DNA of 64,000 nt from Roseibacillus sp. GTDB taxonomy: Bacteria; Verrucomicrobiota; Verrucomicrobiia; Verrucomicrobiales; Akkermansiaceae. Made by a program: the position numbers and the translations under genes. The notes under the pieces are model-generated. The model searched no databases. It was given only the letters and a program-made list of their open reading frames with translations, and was not told the origin of the DNA. The stretch spans positions 160,001 to 224,000 of the forward strand of contig CBDEUM010000030.1 of assembly GCA_965242925.1 (NCBI GenBank), given 5' to 3'. Below are positions 20,594 through 31,004 of this stretch, one piece after another; the stretch's first letter is position 1; each line of letters opens with the position of its first letter.

Positions 20594-21193
20594 TCACCGC
20601 CTTCCTTCAAAAGCACGCGACACGGTGAGCGCATCCGCGTGTTCCAAGTCGCCCCCTGCGGGCAACCCCTGGGCCAATCGGGTTGTCGAACAATCCTGCT
20701 CCACGAGCAGACCGTCCAGATAATTGGCCGTGGCCTCCCCCTCCACATCCGCGCTCAGCGCCAGAATAATCTCCACCTGCGGGAGACGTCCCATCCGCTT
20801 CAGCAACGATGCGATCCGCAGGTCGTCCGGACCGACATTGTCGAGGGGCGAGAGCTTGCCTCCCAGACAATGATACATTCCCTTGAAGGCCCCAGAACGC
20901 TCGATGGGAAGAACATCCGTAGCCTGCTCCACGACACAGAGCTGACCCGTGTCTCGCCCCTGAGCCGAACAGATCGGGCATCCCTCCACGGTGGCAAAAA
21001 AACCACACTCGGGACAGGAGGTGACCTGGCTGGCCGCTCCCTGGATCGATTCCGCCAGCCCATTGGGCTGAGCCTTGGGGCTCTGTAGCAACCACAGGGC
21101 TATCCTCTCCGCGCCGCGCGGTCCCACGCCCGGAAGACGTCTGAGTTCCTCAATTAAATCGCTGACTGGTTGCGGATAGTCGGCCCGGGCCAT
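20594..21193 (-). CDS. recR: Recombination mediator RecR
   Basis: LPGVGPRGAERIA HhH, C4 zinc finger, Toprim (LCVVE, EGEATANY, TRLAQGLP). Confidence 0.95.
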   Translation of the reverse strand: MARADYPQPVSDLIEELRRLPGVGPRGAERIALWLLQSPKAQPNGLAESIQGAASQVTSCPECGFFATVEGCPICSAQGRDTGQLCVVEQATDVLPIERSGAFKGMYHCLGGKLSPLDNVGPDDLRIASLLKRMGRLPQVEIILALSADVEGEATANYLDGLLVEQDCSTTRLAQGLPAGGDLEHADALTVSRAFEGRR

Positions 21194-21261
21194 GAAGGAG
21201 AATAACGCCTCCATGCCCGGTTGTCAGCACAGTCCCGCCCGCCTGAAGAATTCTCTGCTCC

Positions 21262-21759
21262 TCAGCCCGTCCTGCGCCCCTGCTCCTTGGAGATCGAAAT
21301 GACCTTCCCCTCACCCGGCAAACCCACAATTTCACAAGGCATGGGATGCTGACGCGCCCACATGGCAGAGCAAAAGGCACTCCACCCTGCACAGAGCAGC
21401 GCAACCATGGGGCTCCAGAAGACACCCCAGAGCGCAACCACGGGGGAGGCCGCGGCCACGAGCACCAGAAAGGTTGCCGCCAGAAGAACCCGCCGAGCCA
21501 GGCCGGGCACCTCCAGAAGTACGAAAGCCAGTCCGTAAGTCAGAACCAGAAGCACCAGGATCGCCCACCACGGTTGCCCGCTTGCCTCCAGGGGGAACCC
21601 GGCTTCCTGATAGCTCACCAGAAGCGCCTTCTCTCTATCCACCAAAAGCCCGGAAACGCGTAGCACAAGGCCGACCGCCATTGCAAAACTGCCCACCACG
21701 GCCGTTACGGTGAGGGGATGGCGATGGGCCACGTATTGCTCTGTTGGGATGTCACCCAT
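21262..21759 (-). CDS. Hypothetical membrane protein
   Basis: Several hydrophobic segments; ATG 21759 overlaps the stop of the upstream ATPase gene. Confidence 0.65.
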   Translation of the reverse strand: MGDIPTEQYVAHRHPLTVTAVVGSFAMAVGLVLRVSGLLVDREKALLVSYQEAGFPLEASGQPWWAILVLLVLTYGLAFVLLEVPGLARRVLLAATFLVLVAAASPVVALWGVFWSPMVALLCAGWSAFCSAMWARQHPMPCEIVGLPGEGKVISISKEQGRRTG

Positions 21760-23386
21760 CTTTGGAATCGCTGTCGTCCGGGGAATCTTCCGTTCCGGCG
21801 ACATCACCACGATAACTCCTGACCACCAGTTCACTCAAGTAATTGTCCGGATCCTCCACGGCCTCCGGGCCCAGCTCAAAGCACGCTCGGCCCGTGTTTT
21901 TCTGAATCAACTTCAGACCAAACTGCACATCTCGAAACCGCTGGCGGCACAACTGGAGAAGGCTTCTCCCCTGGCTGGCAGCCTCTTCCGCCAGCTGGGC
22001 AAGGGCCTCATCGGTCAGGGATAGTTCTACCCCATGCTCCTCCCGGAAGTCGCGACAGAACACCTCCAGCTCACGGGCAGCCTTCTCCACGTCCACCTGG
22101 CGCCCCAGCTCACGATACTGCTCAAGCAGTTCCTCCCGGCCGTCGATCAATCCGTCCGTGATCGTGAGCTCGGAGACCGAAGTCCCCGGCAACTCAAACT
22201 TGAAATCCCGCAGGAGACGTTCGCACACCGTCATGAGGGCCCGGGCACCGGTGTTCTCCTTCTCCGCCAGCTCGGCAATCCTCTCGATTGCGCTGTCTTC
22301 GAAACGGGCCCGGATTCCGTAGGCCTCGAACTCACGCTCATACTGCCGCAGGAGACTGCCCTCCGAAAACTTCATGATCTTCTTGAGGTCGGCCGCGTTC
22401 AACTTCTCGCATACCACCCGCACCGGCAGGCGTCCGATGAATTCCGCCTCAAACCCGAAATCAATGAAGTCCTGGGTCTCCACCTGATTGAAAAGTTCCC
22501 CGTCCATGGGACGTTCCACCGGATCCGCCCCGAAACCGATCTGCCCTTCGCTGAGACGCTTGCGCACCACCTTCTCCAACCCGGAAAAGGCTCCGCTCAC
22601 GATGAAGAGAATGTGGCGGGTATTGACCGTATCCCTGGCTGACTCACCACCCCGCTGCATGCTCATCATCGACTTCATCTGGCTCCGAATGTCCATCGGG
22701 TTGGTGAGCGGCACCTCGGTCTCTTCCATCAGTTTGAGCAGGGTCGTCTGCACCCCCCGCCCACTGACGTCCCGCCCGATCATTTCGCTGCGGGTGGCCA
22801 GCTTGTCGATCTCATCGATGTAGATGATCCCGAACTCAGCCAGTTCGACATCTCCCTCGGCCTTTTGCACCAGATCACGCACCAGGTCATCCACATCTCC
22901 ACCCACATATCCGGTTTCCGAGAACTTGGTGGCATCAGCCTTCACGAAGGGAACCCCGATCAACTCGGCAATGTGCTTGATCAGGTAGGTTTTCCCCACT
23001 CCGGTGGGTCCCACCACGATCACGTTCTGCTTCTGCAACTCGATCCCTTCCGGCAGCTTCCCGCGCTCGTTCTCCAGACTGCGGAGGTATTTGGCATGAT
23101 TGTAATGGTCGCACACCGCTATCGAGAGAGCCTTCTTGGCCTCATCCTGCCGAATCACAAAGCGATCGAGGTGCGCCTTGATGTCACGGGGAATGTAATT
23201 GAACTCAAAAACACTGTCAGCGGACCGCTCATCAGAAACCTCCGGCTCATCGTCCTCCACCTCCTGATTCATCCCAGGCATGGTCCACTGGACGTTGCCC
23301 ATCTTTCCGAAGAGCTCCTGTAGACCGCGCTGCAACTCCTCCGGAGTCGGACTTGTCCCCGGACTTTTCTTATCATCATCAGACAT
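21752..23386 (-). CDS. ClpX-like AAA+ ATPase without the N-terminal zinc-binding domain
   Basis: GPTGVGKT, DATKFSETGYVG, IDEIDK, RDVSGRGVQ and IGF loop; no C4 motif; C-terminal extension. Confidence 0.85.
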   Translation of the reverse strand: MSDDDKKSPGTSPTPEELQRGLQELFGKMGNVQWTMPGMNQEVEDDEPEVSDERSADSVFEFNYIPRDIKAHLDRFVIRQDEAKKALSIAVCDHYNHAKYLRSLENERGKLPEGIELQKQNVIVVGPTGVGKTYLIKHIAELIGVPFVKADATKFSETGYVGGDVDDLVRDLVQKAEGDVELAEFGIIYIDEIDKLATRSEMIGRDVSGRGVQTTLLKLMEETEVPLTNPMDIRSQMKSMMSMQRGGESARDTVNTRHILFIVSGAFSGLEKVVRKRLSEGQIGFGADPVERPMDGELFNQVETQDFIDFGFEAEFIGRLPVRVVCEKLNAADLKKIMKFSEGSLLRQYEREFEAYGIRARFEDSAIERIAELAEKENTGARALMTVCERLLRDFKFELPGTSVSELTITDGLIDGREELLEQYRELGRQVDVEKAARELEVFCRDFREEHGVELSLTDEALAQLAEEAASQGRSLLQLCRQRFRDVQFGLKLIQKNTGRACFELGPEAVEDPDNYLSELVVRSYRGDVAGTEDSPDDSDSKDG

Positions 23387-23455
23387 CGGGGCGGAACATC
23401 GCCCCAAAATCGATCTTGTCAATGATTGCCGGTGGTGCGGATAACCTGCTTCCCC

Positions 23456-25822
23456 TTACTCCCCGAAATCCTCCAGGATCTGCTCCCACCGCCCCCGGAA
23501 ATCGGGCCGCCGATCGATCAACTCCCCGGCCATCCCACGGGCCTCGTCCTTCAGGTTGCCGAGCCATGCGAACGCCACAGCCTGCAGCAACCGGTCTCCC
23601 TTTTTCTCAACGGTGTTGGGATCGTCGATCAGGGCGCGATGCAGCACCAGCAGGGAAACCGGTTCGATCTCCTTCCAACGCAGGGAAAGCGCCGCGCCAT
23701 CCTTCTCAACCATCAGCCCCCCTTTCTGAGAACCGATAATCTGGGTGTAGCGCGTGCCAGTGCGCGTGTTGAGAATCACTCCGTTGGCCCCGGGACCAAG
23801 GGCGCGGGCCAATTCCTGGACGAAAACCTCCGCTTCCCCGCAGAAAAAGAGGAGGGCTGCCCGTTGATTCCGCTCCAGTCCGCCGGCCAACTCGATCTTC
23901 TGCAGCGCCTTGGCCCCTTCCGGAAATTGTGCATTCGCAAAGTATCTCTCGCCCACTTCCTCGAGCAGGACCCTCCAGTCATCCTGCACTTTTCGGGTTC
24001 GGAGGTATCTCAATCGCCCTCTCAATCCGCTCTGCCAGACCTTCACGTTGAAACGGGCCCGTCCCCGCGTCAGCAGGGAGGCATAGAGCTCGTCCAGTGC
24101 CTCGATACTGGCCTGCAGCTCAGCCCGGTTTTTTCCCTCGACCCCATAATCCGCCTTTCCCAGGAGCTTGTAATCCACGAGGTAGCGCCGGGCCAACTGC
24201 CGATAGGTGCCCATCCATTCAGCTTTCGGCCAGGGCCCGTTCCGTGAGAGCTTGCTGAACATCGCTTGCGCGCGTTCCAGTTCACCCTGCTCCCACATCT
24301 TCAACGCCATCGCGAAAAAGACCGTCGCTCGAAAGGGTTGATCCAGCACCTCGGGCACGCGTTCCTGTGGAACGAAGCGCAGATTGGTGAGGAGTTCCGC
24401 AGCCGACTGCAGTCGCCGCCCCATCACTGTATCCGCGGCCCGGCGCTCGCCGACAAAATCGTAGAGATCGGCCAGGTGCTGGCGGGCATCCGCACTTCGT
24501 CCGTCCAGAAAGGCCGCCACCGCTGCCTCGAAACCCGCCCAAGCCGCCGTCTCGGTGGGTGCCTGCTCCTTATGCCAGACCCGGAGGAACTGTTCCTCCG
24601 CCACCACAAAGTCATCATCGGCCAGGGCCTGCCGTGCACCTTCGTAGGCCTCGTTGATCTGCATCGCCACTTCCGGGTCCAGAGTGGGATCCCGTTCCGG
24701 ATCGAGGACAAGATGCGACCCCTTCGAATCCTCCTCTTCCGAATCCCCCTTCCCCACCCTGAAGAAATGGATGCTTCCCGCCACCAAGGCAGCGAACACC
24801 ACCGCCCACACGCCCAACGACCACACCCGGCGATGGACGTCCTGCCGCTCGCGGCGTTTGGCGCGGATTACGCCGTGCACGGGCACCTTTGTCCCCTTCG
24901 CCTTCAAGACCATTCGAGCCATTTCCAGGTCGGTCCGGAACTCCTCGTAGTCCTCGAATCGTCGGGCCGGATCATGCTTCATCGCTTGCTCCACGATCTG
25001 CACGATCTCGTTGGAGAGCCAGGGTGCCACTTTCTTCAGGGACGGAACCTCCTTCTTGGCCTCACCGGCGGCCTGATTGGTGATCTCCTTCAACTCCACC
25101 GGCGGAACACCCGCCAGGGCGTGGTAGAGCGTGGCCCCGAGAGCATAGATATCCGCCCGGTGATCTTCCTCGGCGTGCTCGAGCACCTCCGGGGCCACGT
25201 AGGTGGGGGTGGCCCAGATCTCGTCGGAGCGAACCGTTCCATCCTCCGTCAGCAACGACAGCCCGAAGTCCACCAGTTTGGCTGTCTCATCCTCGTCGAT
25301 GAGGATATTAGCCGGCTTGATATCCCGATGGATGAGCCCCGCACTCAGGGCAGCCCGCAATCCGTCCACAACCTGCAGCGCCAACCGGATTACCGCATCC
25401 TCCGGCAGAGCTCCGTGCACCGACATGCGCTCGTCCAGACTCTGCCCCGAGACGAGTTCCATTGCGATGAAGTAACGATCGAAGGCTCGTCCCACCTTGT
25501 AGACCCGTACCACATTGGGATGACTGACCGTGGCAGTGAGCCGGGCCTCGCTCTTGAACTGCTCTTCACGCTTCTCGTTCGCGGAAAACTTTTCGTTCAG
25601 CACCTTGACCGCAATGTCCCGGTCCAGGGTGAGATCGCGGGCCACGAACACCACGCTCATCCCCCCGAAGGCGATGCGCCGGACAAGGTGGTAGGACCCC
25701 ATCTCGGTCTTCACCCTCACCTCCTCCCCGCATTCCGGGCAGCGCACGCGGCTGTAGGGCCCCACGTCCGTCACATCCATCTCGCCCGAGCAATTCGGAC
25801 AGGTGGCCAGGTGCGTGCTCAC
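23456..25822 (-). CDS. Ser/Thr protein kinase with N-terminal Zn ribbon and a TM segment
   Basis: CPNC...CPEC, GGMSVVF, AVKVL, HRDIKPANIL, DFG, YVAPE. Start uncertain. Confidence 0.92.
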   Translation of the reverse strand: MSTHLATCPNCSGEMDVTDVGPYSRVRCPECGEEVRVKTEMGSYHLVRRIAFGGMSVVFVARDLTLDRDIAVKVLNEKFSANEKREEQFKSEARLTATVSHPNVVRVYKVGRAFDRYFIAMELVSGQSLDERMSVHGALPEDAVIRLALQVVDGLRAALSAGLIHRDIKPANILIDEDETAKLVDFGLSLLTEDGTVRSDEIWATPTYVAPEVLEHAEEDHRADIYALGATLYHALAGVPPVELKEITNQAAGEAKKEVPSLKKVAPWLSNEIVQIVEQAMKHDPARRFEDYEEFRTDLEMARMVLKAKGTKVPVHGVIRAKRRERQDVHRRVWSLGVWAVVFAALVAGSIHFFRVGKGDSEEEDSKGSHLVLDPERDPTLDPEVAMQINEAYEGARQALADDDFVVAEEQFLRVWHKEQAPTETAAWAGFEAAVAAFLDGRSADARQHLADLYDFVGERRAADTVMGRRLQSAAELLTNLRFVPQERVPEVLDQPFRATVFFAMALKMWEQGELERAQAMFSKLSRNGPWPKAEWMGTYRQLARRYLVDYKLLGKADYGVEGKNRAELQASIEALDELYASLLTRGRARFNVKVWQSGLRGRLRYLRTRKVQDDWRVLLEEVGERYFANAQFPEGAKALQKIELAGGLERNQRAALLFFCGEAEVFVQELARALGPGANGVILNTRTGTRYTQIIGSQKGGLMVEKDGAALSLRWKEIEPVSLLVLHRALIDDPNTVEKKGDRLLQAVAFAWLGNLKDEARGMAGELIDRRPDFRGRWEQILEDFGE

Positions 25823-25935
25823 CGCACCAAGGTAGCGGTAGCGCCGAGGCGGTAGCAAGGAGCGTTCTGGGACGCGCGCCTCGCTCCGTCACCTCGTTAC
25901 TTGCTCCCTGCGGCGTCCTGCCCCACCCTCCGGCC

Positions 25936-26916
25936 GTGACCATCACCGTCCAGGGGGACAGCGGAGAACGACTCGATTTGTTCCTCGCCCGGGAACTCCC
26001 CGATCTTTCCCGCTCGCGCATCCAGGCTCTGCTGAAGGACGGTCACATCCTCCTCAACGGCGGCAGAACGAGGCCCAGAACCCCGGTCACGCCCGGTGAC
26101 TCCATCACCGTGAAGCTTCCAGACCTGCAACCGACGAACCTTGTCCCCCAAGACATTCCCCTCGATATCCTTCATGAGGACGAAGATATCATCGTCATCA
26201 ACAAACCGGTGGGGCTGGTCGTCCATCCCGCTGCAGGCCATCCCGACGGCACCCTCGTCAATGCCCTCCTTCACCATTGCCGGGGAGACCTGCCGGGAGT
26301 GGGTGGCGTGGAACGCCCCGGAATCGTGCACCGACTCGACAAGGAAACGAGTGGCTGTATCGTGACCGCCAGGACCGATCGCGGCCTCCAGTCGCTCCTC
26401 GGTCAATTCTCCGCCCGCCAGACCACCAAGCTCTACCTGGCGGTCACCGAGCGCTCCCCGGTGCAACCCTCCGGCTCTATCTTCACCCACATCGGACGCC
26501 ATCCCGTGAACCGCCAGAAGCAGGCTGTTCTCAATCCGGGGGCGGGATCGGGTCGACCCGCCATTACGGACTACCACATCCTTGCCAGAAACGAGACCCC
26601 TCCCTGGGCTCTTGTCCTCTGCCACCTGCACACCGGCCGCACCCACCAGATTCGCGTCCACATGAAACACCTTGGCTGTCCCCTTCTGGGCGATCCCGTC
26701 TATGCGAAACCCGGTCGACAACCGGTCGAAACCGGGCGTCTCATGCTGCATGCCTGGCGTCTCGGTTTTACCCATCCCGTCAGTGGTGAATTCAAAATCT
26801 ACGAGGCTCCCCTTCCCAGGGAGTTTGAGCCCTTCCTCCCCGACCCCGGGCGCCTCGAACTCATCCGCAAGACCAGCCCGGACGCTCTCGGAGCAGCCCT
26901 CCATCCGGACGCCTGA
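25936..26916 (+). CDS. RluA-family pseudouridine synthase (RluD-like)
   Basis: S4 domain; NKPVGLVVHP, HRLDKETSG and GRTHQIRVH motifs. Confidence 0.93.
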   Translation: MTITVQGDSGERLDLFLARELPDLSRSRIQALLKDGHILLNGGRTRPRTPVTPGDSITVKLPDLQPTNLVPQDIPLDILHEDEDIIVINKPVGLVVHPAAGHPDGTLVNALLHHCRGDLPGVGGVERPGIVHRLDKETSGCIVTARTDRGLQSLLGQFSARQTTKLYLAVTERSPVQPSGSIFTHIGRHPVNRQKQAVLNPGAGSGRPAITDYHILARNETPPWALVLCHLHTGRTHQIRVHMKHLGCPLLGDPVYAKPGRQPVETGRLMLHAWRLGFTHPVSGEFKIYEAPLPREFEPFLPDPGRLELIRKTSPDALGAALHPDA

Positions 26917-26947
26917 CCTTCCCCCCGAACATCCAGCCACCTCCTTC

Positions 26948-27910
26948 GTGAACATCACCTTTCTCGATTCCTCCACTCTCACCCGCGGCGATATCGACTT
27001 CGGCCCCCTGGAAGCGATGGGCACCTTCACGCCCCATGAGCACACCGCCCCCTCCGAGGTCACCGCGCGTTGTCGCGGGGTGGAGGTTATTCTCACCAAC
27101 AAAGTCGTCCTCGATTCCAGGATCATCGAATCCCTTCCCGATCTGAAACTCATCCTGGTATGCGCCACCGGTGTCAACGTGGTCGATCTCGAAGCGGCCA
27201 GGAACCGGAACATACCGGTCTGCAACGTGGCCGGTTACTCCACCCCCAGTGTGGCCCAACATACTGCCGCCCTGCTCCTGGCCCTTGCCACCCGGGTGCA
27301 CCGCCTCGCCACCGAACATGACGAGTGGCCCCATTCCCCGATCTTCACCCGGCTCACCCATCCCGTTACTGAACTGTCCGGCCAGGCATGTGGTATCGTC
27401 GGCCTCGGAGAAATCGGGTCGGCCTTCGCCACCATCGCGGAGGCTCTCGGAATGAAGGTGCAGATCCTGGCCCGGAAGGGTTCCCCCAACACCAACCGGC
27501 CTGAGCTTCCCCGTCTCGCGGCCCGGGAGTTCTTCGCCACGTCGGACGTCATTTCCCTGCACTGCCCCCTCACCGTCGGAAACGAGGGCATGATCGACAG
27601 CGAAACCCTGGCTGCCATGAAGCCGGGGGCCCTCCTCCTCAACGTGAGCCGCGGCCCCCTCGTCGACGAGCTTGCCCTGGCCGGAGCCCTGCGCAGCGGC
27701 CACCTCGCCGGAGCCGGGCTCGACGTCCTCTCGACAGAACCGCCCCCGGCGGACCATCCCCTCCTCGCGGCCGACCTCGTCGACAGAAACCTCATCATCA
27801 CCCCCCACACCGCCTGGCTTTCCCTTCAATCACGACAGCGCCTCCTCACCGGGGTCGTGGACAACCTGGAGAACTGGTTGGCAGGAACCCCCTCCAACCG
27901 CGTTGCCTGA
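26948..27910 (+). CDS. D-2-hydroxyacid dehydrogenase (glycerate dehydrogenase-like)
   Basis: GTG start at 26948; GIVGLGEIG, SLHCPL, NVSRGPLVDE, DVLSTEP and ITPHTAW motifs. Confidence 0.9.
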   Translation: MNITFLDSSTLTRGDIDFGPLEAMGTFTPHEHTAPSEVTARCRGVEVILTNKVVLDSRIIESLPDLKLILVCATGVNVVDLEAARNRNIPVCNVAGYSTPSVAQHTAALLLALATRVHRLATEHDEWPHSPIFTRLTHPVTELSGQACGIVGLGEIGSAFATIAEALGMKVQILARKGSPNTNRPELPRLAAREFFATSDVISLHCPLTVGNEGMIDSETLAAMKPGALLLNVSRGPLVDELALAGALRSGHLAGAGLDVLSTEPPPADHPLLAADLVDRNLIITPHTAWLSLQSRQRLLTGVVDNLENWLAGTPSNRVA

Positions 27911-27915
27911 CGGCC

Positions 27916-28161
27916 ATGGACGATGGCATCGAACAACTGGTTCCCGCAGTGGAACAACAGCTGATCTCTCCGGAGACCCCTTACGTAGACGAAACCTACC
28001 AACGCCTCCTGCAGGATCCGGACATCGACGAAGAGGAAGCCAAGCTCATGATTGCGCTCTGTCTCGCTGACGAGTCGGAGTGCATGGTGGCCGGAAATCG
28101 TGAATTCGACGTCGCGCGCTACCGGACTCTTCTCACCCTCCTCCCCAAGCTGCCCGGATAA
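27916..28161 (+). CDS. Small acidic hypothetical protein
   Basis: Operon spacing and host-like codon usage. Confidence 0.65.
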   Translation: MDDGIEQLVPAVEQQLISPETPYVDETYQRLLQDPDIDEEEAKLMIALCLADESECMVAGNREFDVARYRTLLTLLPKLPG

Positions 28162-28180
28162 CCCCTCACTCCTTTGATCC

Positions 28181-28615
28181 GTGCTCAGAGCATTCCTTCT
28201 TGGATGCCGGAAGCGGTTCAGCCCGCTCCTCAACCGGCCCTGCCGCGCACTCGGCAACGACCATCTCGCGATCGGCGCGCTGGGTGAGAAAATCGCCTGT
28301 GCCCACCTGCGGGCCGAAGGCAGACGAATCCTTTACCGCAATTTCCGCGCTCCCGGGGGCGGTGAAATCGACGTCGTGGCACGGGACGGCAGAACCCTGA
28401 GCTTCGTGGAAGTAAAGACCCGCACCAGTGAAGAATTTGGTCGGCCCCTTGAGGCGGTCGATCACCGGAAGAAAAAGTTCATGCAACGCGGGGCCAACGA
28501 ATGGCTCCGCCTCCTCGGCACCCGTGAACTCCCCTGGCGCTTTGATGTCGTCGAGGTCATCCTGCCCGAGGGAGAAAAACCCCGCGTTAAAACAGTAGAA
28601 GATGTGACGGGGTAG
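28181..28615 (+). CDS. YraN family (UPF0102) protein
   Basis: GALGEKIA, GEIDVVA, FVEVKTR and RFDVVEV motifs. Confidence 0.9.
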   Translation: MLRAFLLGCRKRFSPLLNRPCRALGNDHLAIGALGEKIACAHLRAEGRRILYRNFRAPGGGEIDVVARDGRTLSFVEVKTRTSEEFGRPLEAVDHRKKKFMQRGANEWLRLLGTRELPWRFDVVEVILPEGEKPRVKTVEDVTG

Positions 28616-28639
28616 CGCAACCGGAGCATGCAACTTGAG

Positions 28640-29506
28640 TCACTCTCCGTCCCCAATCAGCTCACGCAACTGGCTGACCGGCACGCAGTTTTTGAAAACC
28701 ATCTGCAGGTTATTCTGCACGCCTTCCTTCTCGGTGTAATAGAGCGACTCGGTACTGGCTGCAATGCCCACCACTTGACCTTCCTCATTTAGCACCGGTG
28801 CGCCGCTTGAGCCCCTGCCAAAGTCGGCAGTAATCGCCATGGCCGGCACCGGCTTGCGATTTCGCTGCATTACAAAATACCGCGCCACCCGGCCCTCGCT
28901 CAGCGTGTAGAACTTACGGTTCGGATGGCTGAACAGGTTAACCTTGGCGCCGACCGGGGCTGGCAAGCCAAGCGCGATCGGCTTAATGCCCGTCTTTGGC
29001 AAGCGCAACACGGCAAGGTCATGTCGCTCGCTCGATGCTACCACATCTTCGACCATGAACATACGCCCATCGAAAAGCCGGACAGCCAAACCGGATCGCT
29101 CTGGATTTCCGGCGACGTGATAGTTTGTCACCACCAAGTCCTCAGCAATCAGGAATCCACTTGCCGGAGCAATATGCCAGCGCGGGCACCTTTTGCACTT
29201 GTAAACCCCACCGACCACAGCCACCGCCTTTTGCGCTTCGTCCACGCTTGACAGACTGGCATCAGGCAACTGCAGCTTGGCTTTAGGTTCTTTTTTTAAC
29301 TTCTCGATCAGCACCTTCATCTCCACGACCGAGCCTGAGTCCATCAACTCCGTTACCTTGGCCGTCATCTGCTCGATAATCTGCCGGTCATTAATTACCG
29401 CCGGCTCAGGTTGGCTCGGGGCTGGCACTTCCTCATTCGGAATCGAGGTGCACCCGCAAAGCACCAATCCTGCAATCACAACCGGCAATAGTTTGATCCA
29501 ATTCAT
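28640..29506 (-). CDS. Trypsin-like serine protease lipoprotein
   Basis: Lipobox LCGC; ASGFLI, TNYHV, HDLAVL and GSSGAPV motifs. Confidence 0.85.
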   Translation of the reverse strand: MNWIKLLPVVIAGLVLCGCTSIPNEEVPAPSQPEPAVINDRQIIEQMTAKVTELMDSGSVVEMKVLIEKLKKEPKAKLQLPDASLSSVDEAQKAVAVVGGVYKCKRCPRWHIAPASGFLIAEDLVVTNYHVAGNPERSGLAVRLFDGRMFMVEDVVASSERHDLAVLRLPKTGIKPIALGLPAPVGAKVNLFSHPNRKFYTLSEGRVARYFVMQRNRKPVPAMAITADFGRGSSGAPVLNEEGQVVGIAASTESLYYTEKEGVQNNLQMVFKNCVPVSQLRELIGDGE

Positions 29507-29758
29507 TATTACAAACTCATCTTAGAGAAGCTGTTGCGAGGCCACCAGCGATTAGTCGCGGCGGGGATGATCCTCCTGCTGAAAGAGCCCCATGGCGGGA
29601 CGCAAGCTGGCAGCTGAAGAAGAAACGAGCTGCATTCCATCTCGTAAGGAATTCGCAGGAAGCCCTCAACTACCGGAACAACCCGGACCAAGGCCCGGGA
29701 GAACATGAGTGTCGCCAGGTAAAGAAATCAGGGAAACTCAGAAGAGCGTTCTCCGTCA

Positions 29759-30364
29759 TCAGACCAACTCTGCCACCGGGGCGAAGGATCGGCGGTGCTC
29801 GCGACAGGGCCCGTGCCGCCTGAGAGCCTCCAGATGGGCCTTTGTCCCATAGCCCTTGTGCTTCTCGAACCCATAGACCGGAAATTCCTCCGCCAGTTCC
29901 TGCATCCGTCTGTCCCGGCTCACCTTTGCAATGATGCTGGCAGCTGCGATGGAAAAACTGATCCCGTCCCCCTTCACCACCCCGCGGGAGGCCAGGGGAA
30001 ACCGCGGCACATCCAGGCCGTCAATCAGGCAGAAGGCCGGACGGGATTCGAGGGCCAGGGCCGCCCGTCCCATGGCGGCATGCGTCGCGCGCAGGATATT
30101 GCGCTCGTCGATCTCGGGAACTTCCACGAAGGACAGCCCCCAGCAGATACCGGGATCGGTGGTGATCTCCTCGAAGAGGGCCTCCCGGCGCCTGGCCGTC
30201 AACTTTTTGGAATCATCGAGCAACTCGTGCCGGTAGCCGGAAGGCAGGATGACCGCGGCTGCTGCCACCGGACCGGCCAGTGGTCCCCGACCGGCCTCGT
30301 CGATCCCCGCAACCGGCTCCGTTCCGCTCTCGATCAATTCACGCTCCAGCCTCAGGTCCGGCAT
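29759..30364 (-). CDS. rnhB: Ribonuclease HII
   Basis: GIDEAGRGPLAGPV, DSKKL, IAAASIIAKV and KGYGT motifs. Confidence 0.96.
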   Translation of the reverse strand: MPDLRLERELIESGTEPVAGIDEAGRGPLAGPVAAAAVILPSGYRHELLDDSKKLTARRREALFEEITTDPGICWGLSFVEVPEIDERNILRATHAAMGRAALALESRPAFCLIDGLDVPRFPLASRGVVKGDGISFSIAAASIIAKVSRDRRMQELAEEFPVYGFEKHKGYGTKAHLEALRRHGPCREHRRSFAPVAELV

Positions 30365-30421
30365 CCCCGCTTCCTAGCGTATGGGAGGCACAAACTCGAC
30401 CCGGAACTTCAACCTGGAAGG

Positions 30422-30904
30422 CTACCAACTGCGGTAGTCCTCCGGTTCATGCCGGCGCGTGGCGGCCAGCGAACACTTCATGTAGAGTTCACCCACCTCC
30501 GGAACCACGTTGCCTCCAAGCTGATAGGTTCCCCTCGAAGGGCACCGGGGAATTTCCGCGACGTACTTCCCCGGACCAACCAGTTCTTCCACAAGGTCTA
30601 CCGGAGGATTGGCCCAGGAGAGATCCTGCCCGGGCTGATAGGGGCTGGAATGGGTGTAGGAACGCATCGACACCTGCATGTGCCGGATCTGCATCACGCA
30701 AAACACCCGGTCCGATCCCGCCTTCCAGCTCCGGGCCGCAAACCACAACAGGGAAGTGAGCATCAGCAGAACGAAAAGGACGACCGAGATCTCAATCAGG
30801 GTCATGCCCCGGCGCAAGCCGGCACGCCGATTATGTGGCCCCGGGAGCGGTCTCCGGGAGCACAAGGCACCACGAACCCGGGGCGCGGAAGAGAACAGTT
30901 TCAT
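30422..30904 (-). CDS. Prepilin-type N-terminal cleavage/methylation domain protein
   Basis: RRG-MTLIE plus a hydrophobic helix. Confidence 0.8.
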   Translation of the reverse strand: MKLFSSAPRVRGALCSRRPLPGPHNRRAGLRRGMTLIEISVVLFVLLMLTSLLWFAARSWKAGSDRVFCVMQIRHMQVSMRSYTHSSPYQPGQDLSWANPPVDLVEELVGPGKYVAEIPRCPSRGTYQLGGNVVPEVGELYMKCSLAATRRHEPEDYRSW

Positions 30905-31004
30905 GTTGGAAGGGCGAACCGGACGCTCGGCTCGAATGATTAGAGTATATTGATATTACACAATTCCAGCGGGATTCAACCGAAACCCGCCCATCCGGTA
31001 ATGA

